A DNA stretch of 52,934 bases from Candidatus Pacearchaeota archaeon (lineage in GTDB: Archaea; Nanobdellota; Nanobdellia; Pacearchaeales; GW2011-AR1): the NCBI GenBank assembly GCA_017609795.1, contig JAFCDH010000001.1, forward strand, positions 1 through 52,934, read 5' to 3'. Positions 51,206-52,934 of the stretch are shown in pieces (position 1 is the stretch's first letter; each line of letters begins with the position of its first letter). Both the position numbers and the translations under genes were made by a program. The notes below the pieces were generated by a model. It ran no database searches and was not told the DNA's origin. It saw nothing but the letters and a program-made list of their open reading frames with translations.

Positions 51206-52934
51206 AAAAAGCAAAGAAAAAAACAACGAAGAAGACTAAGAAAAAGCAAAAGAAAGAATCTATTAAATTAGGAGAGTATATTAGGGAATCCAAAAAAGAG
51301 ATTAAGAAAGATGAAGTAGAAATAAATGTTGAGATTCCTAAACAAGTAGAGTTCTTTAAAACCCCTGTAAGATTTGGAAACATCCCTGTTGACACTCTTC
51401 CTCTTGGGTGTGATGAAAAGGAACAATACAGAAAACTATATCCAAAGGTTTCTCTTCCTTTCCAGATTGTTGAAAGAGTTACATTAGGACATCCAAAATT
51501 AGAAGCAAACAAATTAATCTTTGGAGATAATTTACATTTAATGAGGATGTTGCCTTCTAATTCAATTGACCTCATTTATATTGACCCCCCATTTTTTTCT
51601 GGTAGAAATTATAATGTGGTTTTCGGAGATTCAAATGAAGTTAGAAGTTTTACAGATATATGGGAAGGTGGAATGCCTGGTTATTTAACTTGGTTAAATG
51701 CAAGATTATTAGAGATGAAGAGGTTACTGAAACCTACGGGTTCTATTTTGGTTCATTTAGACCATCATGCAGGGCATTATGTTAAGGTTGAGATGGATAA
51801 AATTTTTGGTTATGAAAATTTCCGAAATGAAATAGTTTGGCATTACTTTATGGGTGGGAAAGCATCTACTTTTTTTGGTAGGAAACATGATGTTATTTTA
51901 TGGTATTCTAAAGGAAAGGAATGGAGTTTTAATAAAATGCAAAAGAAGAGAAGATTGGACTTTAAGCCATCTCTTCCCGCAAAATCTTCAACAGGGAAAA
52001 AGATAGAAGATAAAACTGGAAAAGATGAATTTGGATATTATAGTATTGTTTCTATGGATGATGTGTGGGATATAAGAGGAGTATTTAATATGGGAAAAGA
52101 ATATATGGGCTATCCTACACAGAAGCCTGAAGAATTACTAAAAAGATTTTTAGAAGCATTATCCAAACCAGGAGACGTAGTAGCAGATTTCTTTTGTGGG
52201 GGAGGAACAACTCCTGCAGTTGCTCAGAAGTTAGGAAGAAGATGGATTGCTTCGGACATCTCAAAGATTGCTGTTTCTGTTACAAGAGATAGATTATTAA
52301 GAGATATTTTAGGAGATGATGGAAAAACAGTTCAACAATCAATAACAAAAGTTCCAGACATTGAGGTTTCTCACTGGGGAGTTTATGAAGTTCCAGAATT
52401 AATTAAAATGAATGAAGAGTCTTTTAGAAATTTTATTATCTCTGCTTATAACGGAAGATTATCAAGTATGGAAGGACTTATTCATGGATATAAACAATCT
52501 ATTCCCCTGTTTGTGGGGAGTCCATCTCAAGAAAAACCAATTACAGAAAAAGAAGTTGTTGCTTTTGCTAAAGAGATTGTTAAGAAAAGAGGACATCACT
52601 CTGGAACAATGATTTCTTGGGGATTCACGCCTGGAGCTCAAAAAGCCGCACAAGAACTTAAAGCACAGCATGCTTTGGCTATTGATTTTGTAAAAATAGA
52701 TTTGGTCAATATTGAATCAGAGAAGTTTAGAGAACATATTTCAAAGTACGGTGGAGAATATAAACAACTCCTTAAATTTATTCTTCCGCCACAAGTTAGA
52801 ATCTCTCATAAAAAAATTCAAGATACAAAATATGAATTTGATGTTTCAGAATCTGTTTCATTAAATCCAGAAGGAAGAATAATTAATGTTCAATGGGATT
52901 TTAGTTACAATGGAGAAAGATTCATTTCAACTCC
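51202..52934 (+). CDS. beta-class N6-adenine/N4-cytosine DNA methyltransferase (partial, runs off window)
   Basis: Hand-translated open frame from the ATGA overlap; IYIDPPFF (motif IV), YPTQKPEELLKRF, ADFFCGGGTT (motif I); not in the track because there is no stop. Confidence 0.85.
   Translation, partial: MKKAKKKTTKKTKKKQKKESIKLGEYIRESKKEIKKDEVEINVEIPKQVEFFKTPVRFGNIPVDTLPLGCDEKEQYRKLYPKVSLPFQIVERVTLGHPKLEANKLIFGDNLHLMRMLPSNSIDLIYIDPPFFSGRNYNVVFGDSNEVRSFTDIWEGGMPGYLTWLNARLLEMKRLLKPTGSILVHLDHHAGHYVKVEMDKIFGYENFRNEIVWHYFMGGKASTFFGRKHDVILWYSKGKEWSFNKMQKKRRLDFKPSLPAKSSTGKKIEDKTGKDEFGYYSIVSMDDVWDIRGVFNMGKEYMGYPTQKPEELLKRFLEALSKPGDVVADFFCGGGTTPAVAQKLGRRWIASDISKIAVSVTRDRLLRDILGDDGKTVQQSITKVPDIEVSHWGVYEVPELIKMNEESFRNFIISAYNGRLSSMEGLIHGYKQSIPLFVGSPSQEKPITEKEVVAFAKEIVKKRGHHSGTMISWGFTPGAQKAAQELKAQHALAIDFVKIDLVNIESEKFREHISKYGGEYKQLLKFILPPQVRISHKKIQDTKYEFDVSESVSLNPEGRIINVQWDFSYNGERFIST

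Noticed and set aside
48-52671. About 40 track ORFs lying antisense to longer, motif-bearing or operon-consistent genes. They are: 48..230, 4578..4790, 6167..6367, 7924..8169, 9189..9401, 11544..11744, 11570..11788, 13395..13577, 13586..13792, 14843..15088, 14961..15221, 18254..18487, 18553..18756, 19446..19646, 19656..19838, 20420..20644, 22270..22452, 22551..22760, 23290..23553, 23899..24099, 28453..28662, 28634..28858, 30414..30842, 30907..31101, 31618..31821, 31625..31882, 32934..33263, 33804..34010, 36977..37252, 38595..38882, 39386..39805, 40693..40899, 43140..43325, 44434..44697, 47935..48147, 49006..49266, 50027..50254, 51174..51575, 52412..52612 and 52462..52671.
   Set aside because: They have low-complexity, Phe/Leu/Ile/Ser-rich translations typical of the reverse strand of Lys/Glu/Asn-rich AT-rich genes. 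They have no RBS or coupling. The opposite strand carries recognisable domains or fits the uninterrupted operon structure. ORF 47935..48147 lies in the origin DUE.

Overview
This window is strongly AT-rich, extremely gene-dense archaeal DNA. The archaeal assignment rests on three features: an Alba chromatin protein (45072-45377), an Orc1/Cdc6 initiator (46754-47749) beside an ORB-repeat plus AT-rich-DUE origin (47793-48065), and an archaeal/ER-type S26B signal peptidase (20174-20665). The layout has five parts. (i) 1-12 kb, + strand: about 45 tiny, translationally coupled ORFs, many of them CxxC zinc ribbons. This block also carries mosaic junction repeats, two homing-type endonucleases, a SAM methyltransferase and a GC-rich tRNA-like structured-RNA island (6908-7116). 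(ii) 12-36 kb, - strand: a ~24-kb co-directional envelope/surface module of about 32 genes. It encodes a fibre with a peptidase-S74 chaperone domain, a 1269-aa beta-helix/Ig-repeat glycoprotein, Cys/Asp-rich ectodomain proteins, and a 17 x 14-aa coiled-coil stalk protein. It also holds many small polytopic membrane proteins, its own signal peptidase, a CPBP-like protease and a pilin-like major protein, and two homing endonucleases interrupt it. (iii) 36-41 kb, + strand: an RHH regulator, a HerA/FtsK-like ATPase and unknowns. (iv) 41-48 kb, - strand: an orphan BcrA/BadF-type activase plus DUF2229 pair, secreted proteins, Alba, an HNH nuclease, Orc1/Cdc6 and the origin. (v) 48-53 kb: an IS5-like transposase remnant and a TTGGTACCA iteron array, followed by an operon. 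The operon encodes AbrB/wHTH-DUF488, an unknown protein, a Cas4-like nuclease and a DNA methyltransferase that runs off the window. I recognised no rRNA, CRISPR array, capsid, terminase, portal, polymerase or integrase. My best reading, which is inference, is a virus/provirus or large plasmid-like element of a DPANN-type archaeon. Most products are hypothetical, and the functional calls rest on short signature motifs read by eye.
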